From positions 5,499 through 69,498 of the IMG/VR virus record IMGVR_UViG_3300002220_000035: DNA of 64,000 nt. One strand, 5' to 3'. This document shows positions 27,108 to 37,240 of the stretch, piece by piece. The notes under the pieces were generated by a model. It did no database searches. It was not told the DNA's origin and saw only the letters and a program-made list of their open reading frames with translations. Source of the stretch: a virus (Duplodnaviria > Caudoviricetes). Every line of letters begins with the position of its first letter. The first letter of the stretch is position 1. Both the position numbers and the translations under genes were made by a program.

Positions 27108-30100
27108 CCGCCAACGAGTTCTGCAGCCTCCAGCATTGCCGGAACTATGGCTGCAGCAAGCTCGACCGGGACAAGGACCTCTGCACCCGGGTCAAACCCC
27201 CGAGAAAACCGTCAACGATCCGGAGAGGCACCGATTGCGATATCCAGACGGCGCGCTGGTCGGTCAAGGATTGCCGGGCGAAGAAATGTCCTGAGCTCAG
27301 GAAAGATACCCGCGGCCCGTACCCGGAAGAGGGGCAGGAACGATGCCAAATGTTCGGGGAGGATCACAGTATCATGCCTGGGACCCTCACCCACTGCATC
27401 CAGGATCTGGACAATATGCAGCCAAAGGACTTCTTCCGTCATATTCCTCTTCCCGCGATACTTGGTGAAAAGGAAGAGGCTGGTTCCTGGCATCCCAGAA
27501 AATCACCGGGTATTAAGAACTGTCCGGACCTCTGCCCGTACAAACTCATCGAAGAGGTAGCCGGATCCGGAAAGCGGAAAATCAAGAGGGGGACGTGCGC
27601 ATTCTGCGGAGAAACACTCGGTGGCGGCTGCGGAGTCTGCCATACCACGATCCTGGACGCGGTACCCGAAGATCAGCAACATCAGATCGCGATCATCACC
27701 GTTGCGATTAGGCGCATGGAGAAATATCCCCCGTCAGCCGAACAATGCTGCCGAACCTGCTGCCCGGACGGCATCCATCGTTGCAAGAAAGGAGATACTG
27801 CATGCCTGCTCATCAAGGTCCCTTTCACGGACCTGAAGGTCTGCCCACTCTGGCGGATCCCCGCGAAGCTGCTTCCGGCACCGGTTGCGCAGATTCCGGA
27901 GAAACCGGAAAAATCCAAGGACTCAGGACAGAAGGAGAAAACCTCTTCCAGGAAGTCGTCACAAAAGGAAAAACCAACCGAGCCCGAGGATCCCCCTCTC
28001 CAAGACACGAGAAGATCCGGGCGATGGTTCATCTGCCGTGTCTGTGAGCACGACGAAATCGCACAGAACCTCTGCAAGCTCGAAACGCTGATCCCTCCGG
28101 TCGGATGCACGGCCATCTCGCAGGAAGGGGACCAGCCACCGGACGCCCCGATGGCAGCCTGGGAACCATGGAATGGCAAGGCCGAACCCCGCCGGGAACC
28201 GAAGAAGAAACCCGCAGTCACGGGCGGTAATGCAACCCTTTTCGACTTCGATCCCATTGATGGCGATACTCATGTACCCTGCAGCGGCCCGGAGGTCGGG
28301 GCCTGCAAGGACTGCGATGAGCCGGAGTGCCAGGACAAACCGAAGAAGACCCGGAAGGCAAAGCCGAAACCCACAGCAGAACCTGCGGATCCTCCGGTGA
28401 AAAGGATCCGGCCACCTTGCAGCGAACAAAAGCAATGCACTGAGGAGGACAGAAAGAAGTGCGAAAAACTCGGGACGGACCGGTACGTCACATGCCATTT
28501 CATTGAGGAAAAGGCACACCCATCACCTGACGATCCCCGCGATAACATTCACACGACATCGAAAACCTGTCAGGAATGTGAGAAATTCGGATCATGTCTG
28601 CGGCACGATCCCTATGCCGGCTGCCTGGATGCAGTGAAGGCCATCATCAAGGCCCGGGAGGAGCGGGATTCGGGAGAGCAGGGCCGTCACCCGGCCGGCC
28701 CCGGTGGCCCGCAGACCGGTACCTGCGGTACCTGTGGCCATCACAAGGGCCGGAAGACCTTTCATGAGAGCTGCCCGCGGCTCGGTGAGCTGCTGTTCAA
28801 GGGTGGCACTAAGTCCGCCAAGGTCCTGATGGAGGAGACCGCGAGAGACCCGTGCGAGCACTGGATCTCGAAAGCCGAGCGGATCCCCAACATCACCTGG
28901 TGCAGCACGATCCGGAATTGCCCCGCCCTGAGCTGGGAGGATGGCATCTGCACGAAGACCGGCAAGAAACTCACCGATCAGAACTACTGCCCGACGCAGC
29001 ACCTTATCGAGGAGAAACCGGCCATAAAACCCGCAAAGGAGCGTAAGAAACAAGCCTGCGTTGTCCAGGATGAAGAAAAACCCCGGTCAAAACCGAAGAA
29101 AGATACCCCCGAATGGTTCGCAGCCCTCACCGAGGCAAAGCGGAAAAACAATCCTCACTGGCTCTGGGAAGTCTGGAAGAACGATCCCGCAAAGGGTCAA
29201 TGGCTGTATGAAGGCACACAGACGCACGACGAGGCCATCTCCCTAAAGGAACGAATCGAAGAGACAAGGCCAGCGGGCTCAAAGGTCACGTTCTATATCG
29301 AGAAGAGACCCGATCCGGACTATGATCCCGACGACGTCGTCGGGCCTTGTAAGAACTGCAAAATCGAATGCCTGGACGACAACAACGGCTGTCAGGAATA
29401 TGAGGAACACTCGGCCAAGATGGATGGCGAGCCCGTTGAGGATACCGAAGGATGGCCCGTTTGCATCATCTCCTGCGGGAAGGCCAAGATCTGGGACAAT
29501 CATGGGAAGAAGAAACCCAAGGCCCGCGTTTACGCCCAGGACGCATACACCGGCCCCCTCTTCACTTCAGCGAAGAATTACGCAGAGCAACGGCACCCGG
29601 GCCCCTGGTATATCCTCTCGGATAAGTACGGCCGAGGAGATCGAGAATTACGATGTATCGCCCGAAGACATCAAGGACGATCCGGAATTTTTCGAAATGG
29701 TCCATCAGCAGGCGCGATCGGACCCGGAACTTACGAGGGCGAAGAAGATCATCCTCATAGCCGGGAAGATTCACCAGAACATCATCGAGCGGATTTTCCC
29801 GGGAGTGGAAATCGAGAACCCGGTCCAGGGCCTCACCCAGGGAGAGCGGATGAAGGTCCTTAGGGATCTTATCTCGGTGAAAAGTATGATCAAGAAGCCG
29901 GAAAAGGAATATCCGGAAGACCAACGTCGGGGAGGCGGGCGCCCCTCGATCGCGAGGTGTCCGGATACCTGCCGGCAGAAGGCGATCGTGGACGAAAGAA
30001 AGCAGGGAGGGGACCGTGATCAGGGCCGGTGCAAAGAGACCGGCCAGAAACTGCGGGAGATGAAAGTCTGCCCCCACGATCCGGTGAAGAAAAGCGCGAG

Positions 30101-30120
30101 CAAGAAGTCGAAAAGAACAG
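27104..30120 (+). pseudogene. Giant Cys-rich multi-Zn-finger protein with a DUF6884-like domain, split by a frameshift near 29630
   Basis: Frame 27104-29863 ends ...ISCGKAK...YTGPLF...WYILSDKYG; the domain continues in the +1 frame (EEIENYD...IAGK...PVQGLTQGERM). Confidence 0.6.
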
Positions 30121-30147
30121 GAAAAACTCGGGACCTACTGCGCCGTC

Positions 30148-30840
30148 ATGAGCGCCATGGTCCAGGAATGCAGGCTGAAGATCACCAAGGATGGATTTGT
30201 TGCCCGGGCCGTGGACACAGCGAACGTGGCCCTGGTCCAGGCAATCCTGCCGCCCACCTCGTTCAAGGAGTTCACTATCGAACCCTGCGAGGTCGGCATG
30301 GACGTCCAGAAATGGAAAGGCGCGATCGGCGTCATGAAACCCGACGATATGGTATCAATCGACGCCCCGAAAAACGGCCGGATCACCATCTCAGGCGGCG
30401 GGTATGACTACAAGATCAGCCCGCTGGACTGCAACACCATCCGAAAGGACCCGAACGTCCCCGGGTTCCAGCTACCCTGCACCCTGTCCATCAACGGCAA
30501 GGAATTCGCAGAGGCCATCAAGGCCCTGTCGATTATCAGCGACAAGATCCGGCTCAGCATCAAGGGTAAAACGCTGGAGCTGAGTGCAGAAGGCGACACC
30601 GACGACCTGCGGAAAGAGATCGAAGGCACGATCCCGGACAACAAGAAGAACGAGGTCACGGCCATCTCTCTGTTCTCACTGGATTATATGCGGGAAATGA
30701 CGAGGGGCCCGATGAAGAACGCAGAGAACGTGACGATCTCGCTCGGCATCGATCACCCGGTCCGGTTCGATTTCGAAGTGATGGGGAATACCGCATCGTA
30801 TGTCACGGCCCCGCGCATCGAAACAGGGGGACCAAAATAA
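30148..30840 (+). CDS. pcn: DNA sliding clamp PCNA (start region apparently damaged)
   Basis: ECRL...AVDTANVALV...YVTAPRIE; in-frame upstream QEKLGTYCAV resembles the first helix but has no start codon. Confidence 0.88.
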   Translation: MSAMVQECRLKITKDGFVARAVDTANVALVQAILPPTSFKEFTIEPCEVGMDVQKWKGAIGVMKPDDMVSIDAPKNGRITISGGGYDYKISPLDCNTIRKDPNVPGFQLPCTLSINGKEFAEAIKALSIISDKIRLSIKGKTLELSAEGDTDDLRKEIEGTIPDNKKNEVTAISLFSLDYMREMTRGPMKNAENVTISLGIDHPVRFDFEVMGNTASYVTAPRIETGGPK

Positions 30841-31133
30841 TGTCCGGCCTCGCGGTCAAGGTATCTATCAAGCAGGAGGACGACGCCGAATACGGCCTTA
30901 TCTGGAAAGCCGAGGTCAAAGACTGGAACCTCTCCGCCCAGGGTGACAGCCTGGAAGAGGTCTTCTCCGTCATGGAGCGGAAGATCATCACGTACCTGCA
31001 GGAGACCTTCGGCAGCAAGCGGAAGATCTCCGTGAGCGTTGGCCTTGCCAGTGCCCGGGTCGAGTTCGAGATCAACGTTGCAAAAGACCGGACCCTCAAC
31101 GAGTTTGAGAAGGAGAAGGAGGCGAAACGGTGA
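30840..31133 (+). CDS. HicB-like protein (no adjacent HicA)
   Basis: WKAEVKD...SAQGDSLEE motif. Confidence 0.55.
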   Translation: MSGLAVKVSIKQEDDAEYGLIWKAEVKDWNLSAQGDSLEEVFSVMERKIITYLQETFGSKRKISVSVGLASARVEFEINVAKDRTLNEFEKEKEAKR

Positions 31134-31555
31134 CGGAAACAGCGGCCGTCAAACAGCAGATCATCCTCACTACTCGCGGACAGGTTATCGATTTTCTGAA
31201 AACCCGGCCAGATGTCGATATCGAGATTCGGTGGACCTGCCCGGAATGCGAGGCCCTGAATGTGGGGGCGTACCATTCCCACACAACCCTCTGCTGGAAC
31301 TGCGGGAAATACGCCTATCCCCGGCTTTACCTCTCCCGCAAAGGCGTGAAAAAGTCGATGCTCGCAACTGCAGCAGCTGAGGAAAGGCGCCATTGGATCA
31401 TTGGACGGCTTAAGGAAATAGATGGGGAAATCCAAGGCCACCATGACGAGATCTTCATGCTCGATATGGAGATCAACGAACTGAACAAGGAACTGCAGGA
31501 CATCAATTATGCAGGATATCCGCAGACCGCCCCGGGGGTGGAACCGTGCGCATAA
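31130..31555 (+). CDS. Zn-ribbon plus coiled-coil protein
   Basis: CPEC...CWNC followed by heptads. Confidence 0.55.
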   Translation: MTETAAVKQQIILTTRGQVIDFLKTRPDVDIEIRWTCPECEALNVGAYHSHTTLCWNCGKYAYPRLYLSRKGVKKSMLATAAAEERRHWIIGRLKEIDGEIQGHHDEIFMLDMEINELNKELQDINYAGYPQTAPGVEPCA

Positions 31556-32322
31556 TCTACGAGCCCAAAGGCCGGGCCCGGGAGTATGCCGAGCTCGCCG
31601 TCTCCCTGTATCGTGGCTGCAGCCATGGGTGCGTGTATTGCTTCGCCCCGGGCAGTACCAACACCAAGCGGGATGCCTTCCTGAAACCCTATGTCCGGAA
31701 GAACGCTCTGCAGCTGCTGGAAAAGGACGCCATCGATATGCATACGGCGGGAGACAAACGCGAGGTCCTGCTCAGCTTCACAACCGATCCTTATCAGCCG
31801 CTCGATGAAGAGATGCAGCTGACCCGGAAGGCGATCGAGATCCTGATCAGTTACGGCATCCACTTCACGGTCCTCACCAAGGGCGGGGAGCGCAGCACCA
31901 GAGATTTCGATCTGATGGCATCCCGCCCGGACCTATGCCGGTATGGAACCACTCTCACTTTCGACAATTCCGCGGACAGCCGGGAATTTGAGCCGGATGC
32001 TGCCCCGCCATATCAGCGGATCCTGGCTCTCACCGGTGCAAATCTGAAAGGAATCCGGACGTGGGTCTCACTGGAGCCCGTCATCCATCCGGAACAGACG
32101 ATCCGGCTGATCCAGATGACGCTCGATGTTCGTAACAAAAAACCCGGGATCGTTGACGAATTCCGCATCGGTAAGATCAACCACGTCGAAAGTGATATCA
32201 CCGATGCCGAATGGCGAAAGTTCGTCCAGGATGCGAAGACCCTGCTCGATGGGTATCACTGCCGGTACATCTTCAAGAAGGACCTGCAGCCGTACCTGCA
32301 GGCAGCGGGGGTGCCGGCATGA
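31546..32322 (+). CDS. Radical SAM protein (spore-photoproduct-lyase-like family)
   Basis: YRGCSHGCVYCFA (CxxxCxxC); FTTDPYQP; VLTKG; SLEPVI. Confidence 0.88.
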   Translation: MRIIYEPKGRAREYAELAVSLYRGCSHGCVYCFAPGSTNTKRDAFLKPYVRKNALQLLEKDAIDMHTAGDKREVLLSFTTDPYQPLDEEMQLTRKAIEILISYGIHFTVLTKGGERSTRDFDLMASRPDLCRYGTTLTFDNSADSREFEPDAAPPYQRILALTGANLKGIRTWVSLEPVIHPEQTIRLIQMTLDVRNKKPGIVDEFRIGKINHVESDITDAEWRKFVQDAKTLLDGYHCRYIFKKDLQPYLQAAGVPA

Positions 32323-32473
32323 TCCTCCACTTCGAGCGAGAATCCTTCTGCATCGAGATCGCCCTTTTCGAGCACTGGAGATATGGCGGTGCTGATACCG
32401 CATGGACCGCGTTCCTGGTGGCGGTCGGGGATTATGTTTTTGAGTGGAGCATGCAGTGCCGGAAGGTGTGGCG

Positions 32474-32986
32474 ATGACCCACAAGATCATCACCGTATGG
32501 ACCGGCCGGGGCGAATCTCACGGCCGTGCGCATGCGGGCCTCCCGTACGCGAAGACCGAGACCCACTTCGATCGCTCGGTTGCTGACATCAAAGGCCTGC
32601 TGCGGAAATTCAAGTGTGATAAGATCGTCGATTTTTCCCAGACCGCCACGCTCGACAAGATCGGCAAGGTCGAGCTCACCACGATCGGGTTCGAGAAGGA
32701 CGGCCTGCAGTACCGGATCGACTTCCCGATCACGTTCACCGAGAACTCGCAGGAGAAACGACTCAACATGGACGTCAGCGGCCGGATCATCTACAACCGC
32801 ATCAAGGCCCAGCTCACGGACCTGGAGATCGGTTACCTCACATTCCATGAGGCGATGTTCGCGAACCTCGCGATCCCGTCCCCGGAGGGCTCGAAGACTA
32901 TCATGGAAGTCGTCCAGGACCAGCTGCCAGCCATCAAGCGGGGATCCTTCAGCCTGCTGCAGCTGATGGAGGGAGGCCGGTCATGA
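32474..32986 (+). CDS. Conserved viral hypothetical protein
   Basis: YAKT.T..DRS..DIK.LL...RI...IKAQL pattern seen in phage proteins; coupled start. Confidence 0.55.
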   Translation: MTHKIITVWTGRGESHGRAHAGLPYAKTETHFDRSVADIKGLLRKFKCDKIVDFSQTATLDKIGKVELTTIGFEKDGLQYRIDFPITFTENSQEKRLNMDVSGRIIYNRIKAQLTDLEIGYLTFHEAMFANLAIPSPEGSKTIMEVVQDQLPAIKRGSFSLLQLMEGGRS

Positions 32987-33200
32987 AACCCGATCCGGTC
33001 CACTGCGTAGTCTGCGGCACGGCCCTTCCTGAGATGACCCGGGCCGAAGCCCTGGCGAAAGGCGCTGCTGCAGAGGTCCAGGTGGATGACGGCCCGAAGC
33101 GATTTTACTACCGCTGCATCGGGAGACATACGAACGAGGAATTCCTGAAGGCGATCGGGCTGGTCCCGAAGTTCGTCCGGGCGAGCAAGGCAGGTGAGCC

Positions 33201-34025
33201 ATGAGCGATGGATGCACCTGCGAGAAGTGTATCGAGATGTGCCGGACCTATCCCTGCATGCCGCTCCCGGAGGAGGCCCGGAAATTGATTCTGGGTGGGT
33301 ATGGCGGATCCCTGATGCTTGATACCCTGAATTGGGGGAAAGGGGAATACGGGAAGATACTCGCCCTCCGGCCGGCCATGGTCGGGCATGAACACGATCT
33401 TGCTCCGATGGAGATTGCCAAAGCCCCCTGTGTCTTTCTCAGGAATAACCGGTGCAATCTCCACATCCTCGATCTCAAACCCTACGAGGGCCGGTCCTGC
33501 CGCCATGATACCATGAAAGAGCAGGAAGAGGGGATGATGGCAACCTTGAAAGCGGCATGGAACACCGAAGCCGGCCAGGGCATCGCGAGGGATTGGATCC
33601 GGCAGTTCTATACCGGAGATCTGAAATGGACCGATCCGGCAGTCCTGGCTGGAGGCGATCGTGTCCAGCAGGATGACCTCCCACCCATCGGTACCTGTCC
33701 GGATGGGAAGGTAAACGGAGGGGAGATTGCCTGCACTCGTGAAATGGGAAAATGCAATTATCAGGGGTTTGTTCCCGATAAGTCCTTCGGATTTGAGATA
33801 GTCTGTGGCCGGGAAACCGCCGCCCTTGCCGTGGCAGAGCAGCCGGCAGAGCCATTCGAGAAAATAGTGTGGCGGGCCCTTATCGCAACACAGCAGCTGG
33901 TGGCGGGATGCCCGGCAGATTGTGAGGAAAGCTCCTGCTCGTGTGATAAGGATCCCGGAGAAATGCCTCCGGAATGCAAGGAGAATTTCATGCTGTCGAT
34001 GGTTGACCCGGAGGACTCATGGTGA
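33201..34025 (+). CDS. YkgJ/CxxCxxCC-like Fe-S or Zn cluster protein
   Basis: CEKCIEMC...CVFLRNNRC..H...KPYEGRSC. Confidence 0.7.
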   Translation: MSDGCTCEKCIEMCRTYPCMPLPEEARKLILGGYGGSLMLDTLNWGKGEYGKILALRPAMVGHEHDLAPMEIAKAPCVFLRNNRCNLHILDLKPYEGRSCRHDTMKEQEEGMMATLKAAWNTEAGQGIARDWIRQFYTGDLKWTDPAVLAGGDRVQQDDLPPIGTCPDGKVNGGEIACTREMGKCNYQGFVPDKSFGFEIVCGRETAALAVAEQPAEPFEKIVWRALIATQQLVAGCPADCEESSCSCDKDPGEMPPECKENFMLSMVDPEDSW

Positions 34026-34436
34026 AAACCGCTCTCGCCCCCTGCCCCTACTACGACCGCACGAAATACGACTGCGGAAAAACTGCCGTATGCCCGCTCA
34101 AGATCATCCAGGGATCCGCGAACTGCTCGGACCTGACCCAGACAGATATTGTGATGGTCCAGGCATGGGTGGAAGGACGTGCGCTCAGTCGGGAAGAGGT
34201 GGAACTGTGAGTGAAGAAACCGAATATATATGGGGTAGATCACGCAGTAAGAAGGCAAAATATGTCCATCTCTATATCAATGGAGAGGCGGCATGCGGAC
34301 AAGGACCGCGGATGGATCTACAGAATGAAAACTGGACATCCGAGGATCCGCAGACCTGTCCGCATTGCAAGGAATATGAAGCTTGGCTGAAAAAAGGATT
34401 CCATCGGGTCCCATCCGGCGACCCAGAATCTAAAAT

Positions 34437-34853
34437 TTAATACCAATTTTCATATCGCCGATTTCGTTGTTCTTCCCGATTCTTAAGGTAGATTTTCAAT
34501 ATTATTCCCACAAGGACAGCAATCAAGGCAATGACCATATCAGTCACCACAGATGGAGCTATTTGCATTAAAGGACCTGCTAGTAATGCAATCATGAGGA
34601 AATCGCCACATAAGAAACCGATTGAAAAAGATAGTGGGAATAAATAACCGACGACGATATTTATGATAATCAAACCGATCGTCAACATGGCAATTGATGA
34701 TGCATAAGTTGACATAACCGATGCGCTTTCTGGAGAAGTTGCAAGAGGTTTAAGCGCCTTCATGATGAGATCACCGGCGAAGAATGTTAATCCGATCGAC
34801 AGTTCACCTACACCGGCAACAAAGCCGGCTATAGCCTTTCCGATGTCATCCAT
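34437..34853 (-). CDS. AT-richer multi-pass membrane protein (moron)
   Basis: 3-4 hydrophobic helices; opposite strand to flanking operons. Confidence 0.7.
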   Translation of the reverse strand: MDDIGKAIAGFVAGVGELSIGLTFFAGDLIMKALKPLATSPESASVMSTYASSIAMLTIGLIIINIVVGYLFPLSFSIGFLCGDFLMIALLAGPLMQIAPSVVTDMVIALIAVLVGIILKIYLKNREEQRNRRYENWY

Positions 34854-34887
34854 GTGATAGTATAGTGTAAAGGTAATCATCAATTTT

Positions 34888-34934
34888 ACCGTCCATCACC
34901 CCCCCACACCGTCCCATATCGTTCAGCACCGTCC
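34888..34934. repeat. Three ACCGTCC direct repeats at exact 20-bp spacing
   Basis: 34888, 34908, 34928, in the intergenic region before the late operon. Confidence 0.7.
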
Positions 34935-35023
34935 TTAACCCAGTTTGTTGTTTATCCCCGCTCTCCGTGCACTCTTTTCACATAATAACGCCCCGGCAAG
35001 GTCCGGGGAGGATGTATTTTGAC

Positions 35024-35662
35024 ATGTCAGACTGTAATTCATGCGAACCACCCACGACCCCGGCGGTTGATACTGCCCCGGTCGATGCACCGATCGACCC
35101 ATCAGTGGCCGGAGTGAACAAGGAAAGCATCCCGGATCCCCGTATTCACCCGGCGGATCTCCCCTTCCCAGATGGCGTATCTCTCACCATCCCGAAGATC
35201 TGGATGCACTCGCTCGTTGGGAGCCCGTTCAATTCCCTGACCAACCCCTCAGAGGATGAACCCGTGATCCGGATGTCCAAGAGCCAGCTCGAAGCATACG
35301 GAGCCGGCGGGCAGGACCTGATCAACATGCTGTTCAAGGCCCTGGGCCTGGACAAGATCAAGGAGAAGGTAAGCGCCGTCTATGCCGTCGCATGGGACCC
35401 GGACAGATTCCCCACAGCCCCGCTCCTCTCCCAGGGCGACCTCCCGACAGGCCGCAAGACCTGGGAACGACGCACCGAGTACCTGCCCGACTACATCTAC
35501 ATGCGGGATATCGGGGATCACGATCTTGTGATCGCGGCCCAGCTCCGGATCATCACCCAGACCGGCAGGATCCTTCCGTCCGGTGACTTCAACAGCTGGA
35601 CCGAGTTCCCGCATATCGGCCCGATCGTGATCCGGAAGATCAGGATCATCATGGAGGCTTGA
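35024..35662 (+). CDS. Hypothetical protein
   Basis: Long ORF starting the rightward late cluster. Confidence 0.6.
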   Translation: MSDCNSCEPPTTPAVDTAPVDAPIDPSVAGVNKESIPDPRIHPADLPFPDGVSLTIPKIWMHSLVGSPFNSLTNPSEDEPVIRMSKSQLEAYGAGGQDLINMLFKALGLDKIKEKVSAVYAVAWDPDRFPTAPLLSQGDLPTGRKTWERRTEYLPDYIYMRDIGDHDLVIAAQLRIITQTGRILPSGDFNSWTEFPHIGPIVIRKIRIIMEA

Positions 35663-35807
35663 TGGCGCTCTACCAGCTCAAGGTCCCCGAAACCGTCGAT
35701 GCCATCCTTCTACCCGACGGAAATTACTTTTTCGTGAGGGATGGGAAGGAAGTCCGGGTCCCGATGAAGGACTTCGAGGCGAAGTACGTCCCTTTACCCA
35801 AGCAGGG

Positions 35808-36569
35808 GTGACCGGACCCCATGAACCGCAGCGAACGCAGGGCAAAGGAACGGAAAATCAAGGGGTACAACCCGGCTTGCCGGCCACGGACCCCGCACCC
35901 GTTCAGGGGACAGTGATATGGCCTGCCTCCCCTACCGTCGAGCAAATCATATCAGTAATGGCGGCCTCCTCCACACCGCCCGCCACCTATTCGCCCGTTT
36001 CCGTTACTGGCTACGGGGAATCATCCGGGAGGTGCTCGGTGTCTGATCGTCCCACCATCATCGCAACATCAGTACCTGATGCCGCAGAGGGCCATTGGGA
36101 TGGCGATTTCTGGGTGGAATCCAACGGGTACCGTGTCTCGAGAAAATGGTGCGACCTGCTCCCGGGATATTACGGACCCTGTCGGAAAGATCCTGATAAT
36201 GGTCTTGGACATGTCGAATTCCAGAACCGCATCAACGAGATCATCGCCAAGGTCACCGGAATAACCGGCATCGCCGATTGTTCTTCAGAGATCCATGCAG
36301 CCCAGGCCGGAGGATATGTCGGGTATCTCTATCTTACAACCTCCAGCGATATCCCCCCCGTCCCCGTCTTCTGGTGCACCGGCCCGACCGCAGACAACGA
36401 CAGCCATTATTTCCTGACGGGCCTCATTGCCGGACGCGCCGGGCGGAAGATCGACGACGCCGCCAGCAAGATCAACTGGACCCCGGTTCTCGTTGCCATC
36501 GTTGGCGGCCTGACTGCCGGGACCGCGTACGGACAGCAAATCCTCGACATCCTCAAAGGTATCTTCTGA
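35808..36569 (+). CDS. Hypothetical protein with C-terminal membrane anchor
   Basis: WTPVLVAIVGGLTAG hydrophobic tail. Confidence 0.6.
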   Translation: MTGPHEPQRTQGKGTENQGVQPGLPATDPAPVQGTVIWPASPTVEQIISVMAASSTPPATYSPVSVTGYGESSGRCSVSDRPTIIATSVPDAAEGHWDGDFWVESNGYRVSRKWCDLLPGYYGPCRKDPDNGLGHVEFQNRINEIIAKVTGITGIADCSSEIHAAQAGGYVGYLYLTTSSDIPPVPVFWCTGPTADNDSHYFLTGLIAGRAGRKIDDAASKINWTPVLVAIVGGLTAGTAYGQQILDILKGIF

Positions 36570-36986
36570 TGGATACCACCGGGGCAGCGTTCGATTCCTC
36601 GAATGGAGGAACAGGACCTCTGGCATATCCGGCAAGGTCCGCGAAGCCCGCAAGGGTGCGGTTCATCCCGCCCTGCCCCATCTCCCTGCAATCCCGGACT
36701 CCCTTGGTTGTTCGCCTATTGTCCAGGTGGTTGTGGGGATTCTATCACAATTCAAAGCATGCCCGGGAGCTACCTCGGAGGCTCACAGAAACCCTCCGCC
36801 GGGCTTCACCCTGCCGAATGAGAGAGGAACAATGCACAGGCCCGATAGGAAGAAAATGCATCGCAAACGCACCCGAAACGCACCCGACGAAACGTGATCT
36901 TCAACACCCTGTATCATCCCGGTATCTCCTTCACAGATAATTGACCAATATCGTCCTCTTGAGGCAGGGACCCGCAAGGGAACAGC

Positions 36987-37062
36987 AGCAGGGTAGGGAA
37001 GCCAGGCCCATCCCGCGAGCCCCATAAGCTCGAGACCGGCGGTTCGAATCCGCCCCCCGCTA
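36987..37062 (+). tRNA. Virus-encoded tRNA-Met(CAT), initiator-like, atypical
   Basis: AGCAGGG/CCCCGCT acceptor (A1-U72, one mismatch), GGGA/TCCC D-stem, CGAGC-CCCATAA-GCTCG anticodon arm, GGCGG-TTCGAAT-CCGCC T-arm. Confidence 0.85.
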
Positions 37063-37066
37063 TTCC

Positions 37067-37240
37067 ATGGAAAACGATAACGAGCAATACCGCGACAGAC
37101 ACCCTCCAGGTATCCGCCTCCGGACCCTGATCCGGCCCGGCACCTGGAGCCGGCTCCCACTCGCTGAGAAGATCATGGTCGTGCAGCTGGTCCTGTCCGT
37201 GGGAACGTTCCTGCTGCTGATCAAGCTGGTGTTCGGATGA
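37067..37240 (+). CDS. Small single-TM protein
   Basis: 57 aa, C-terminal IMVVQLVLSVGTFLLLIKLVFG; overlaps next ATG. Confidence 0.55.
   Translation: MENDNEQYRDRHPPGIRLRTLIRPGTWSRLPLAEKIMVVQLVLSVGTFLLLIKLVFG

Noticed and set aside
29322-30407. Independent 361-aa gene
   Set aside because: Only the middle (about 29631-30120) is protein-like and continues the domain begun in the 27104 frame; the ends overlap other genes.
36589-36598. GTTCGATTCC T-loop-like sequence suggesting a third tRNA
   Set aside because: The flanks do not form a T-stem, acceptor stem or anticodon arm.
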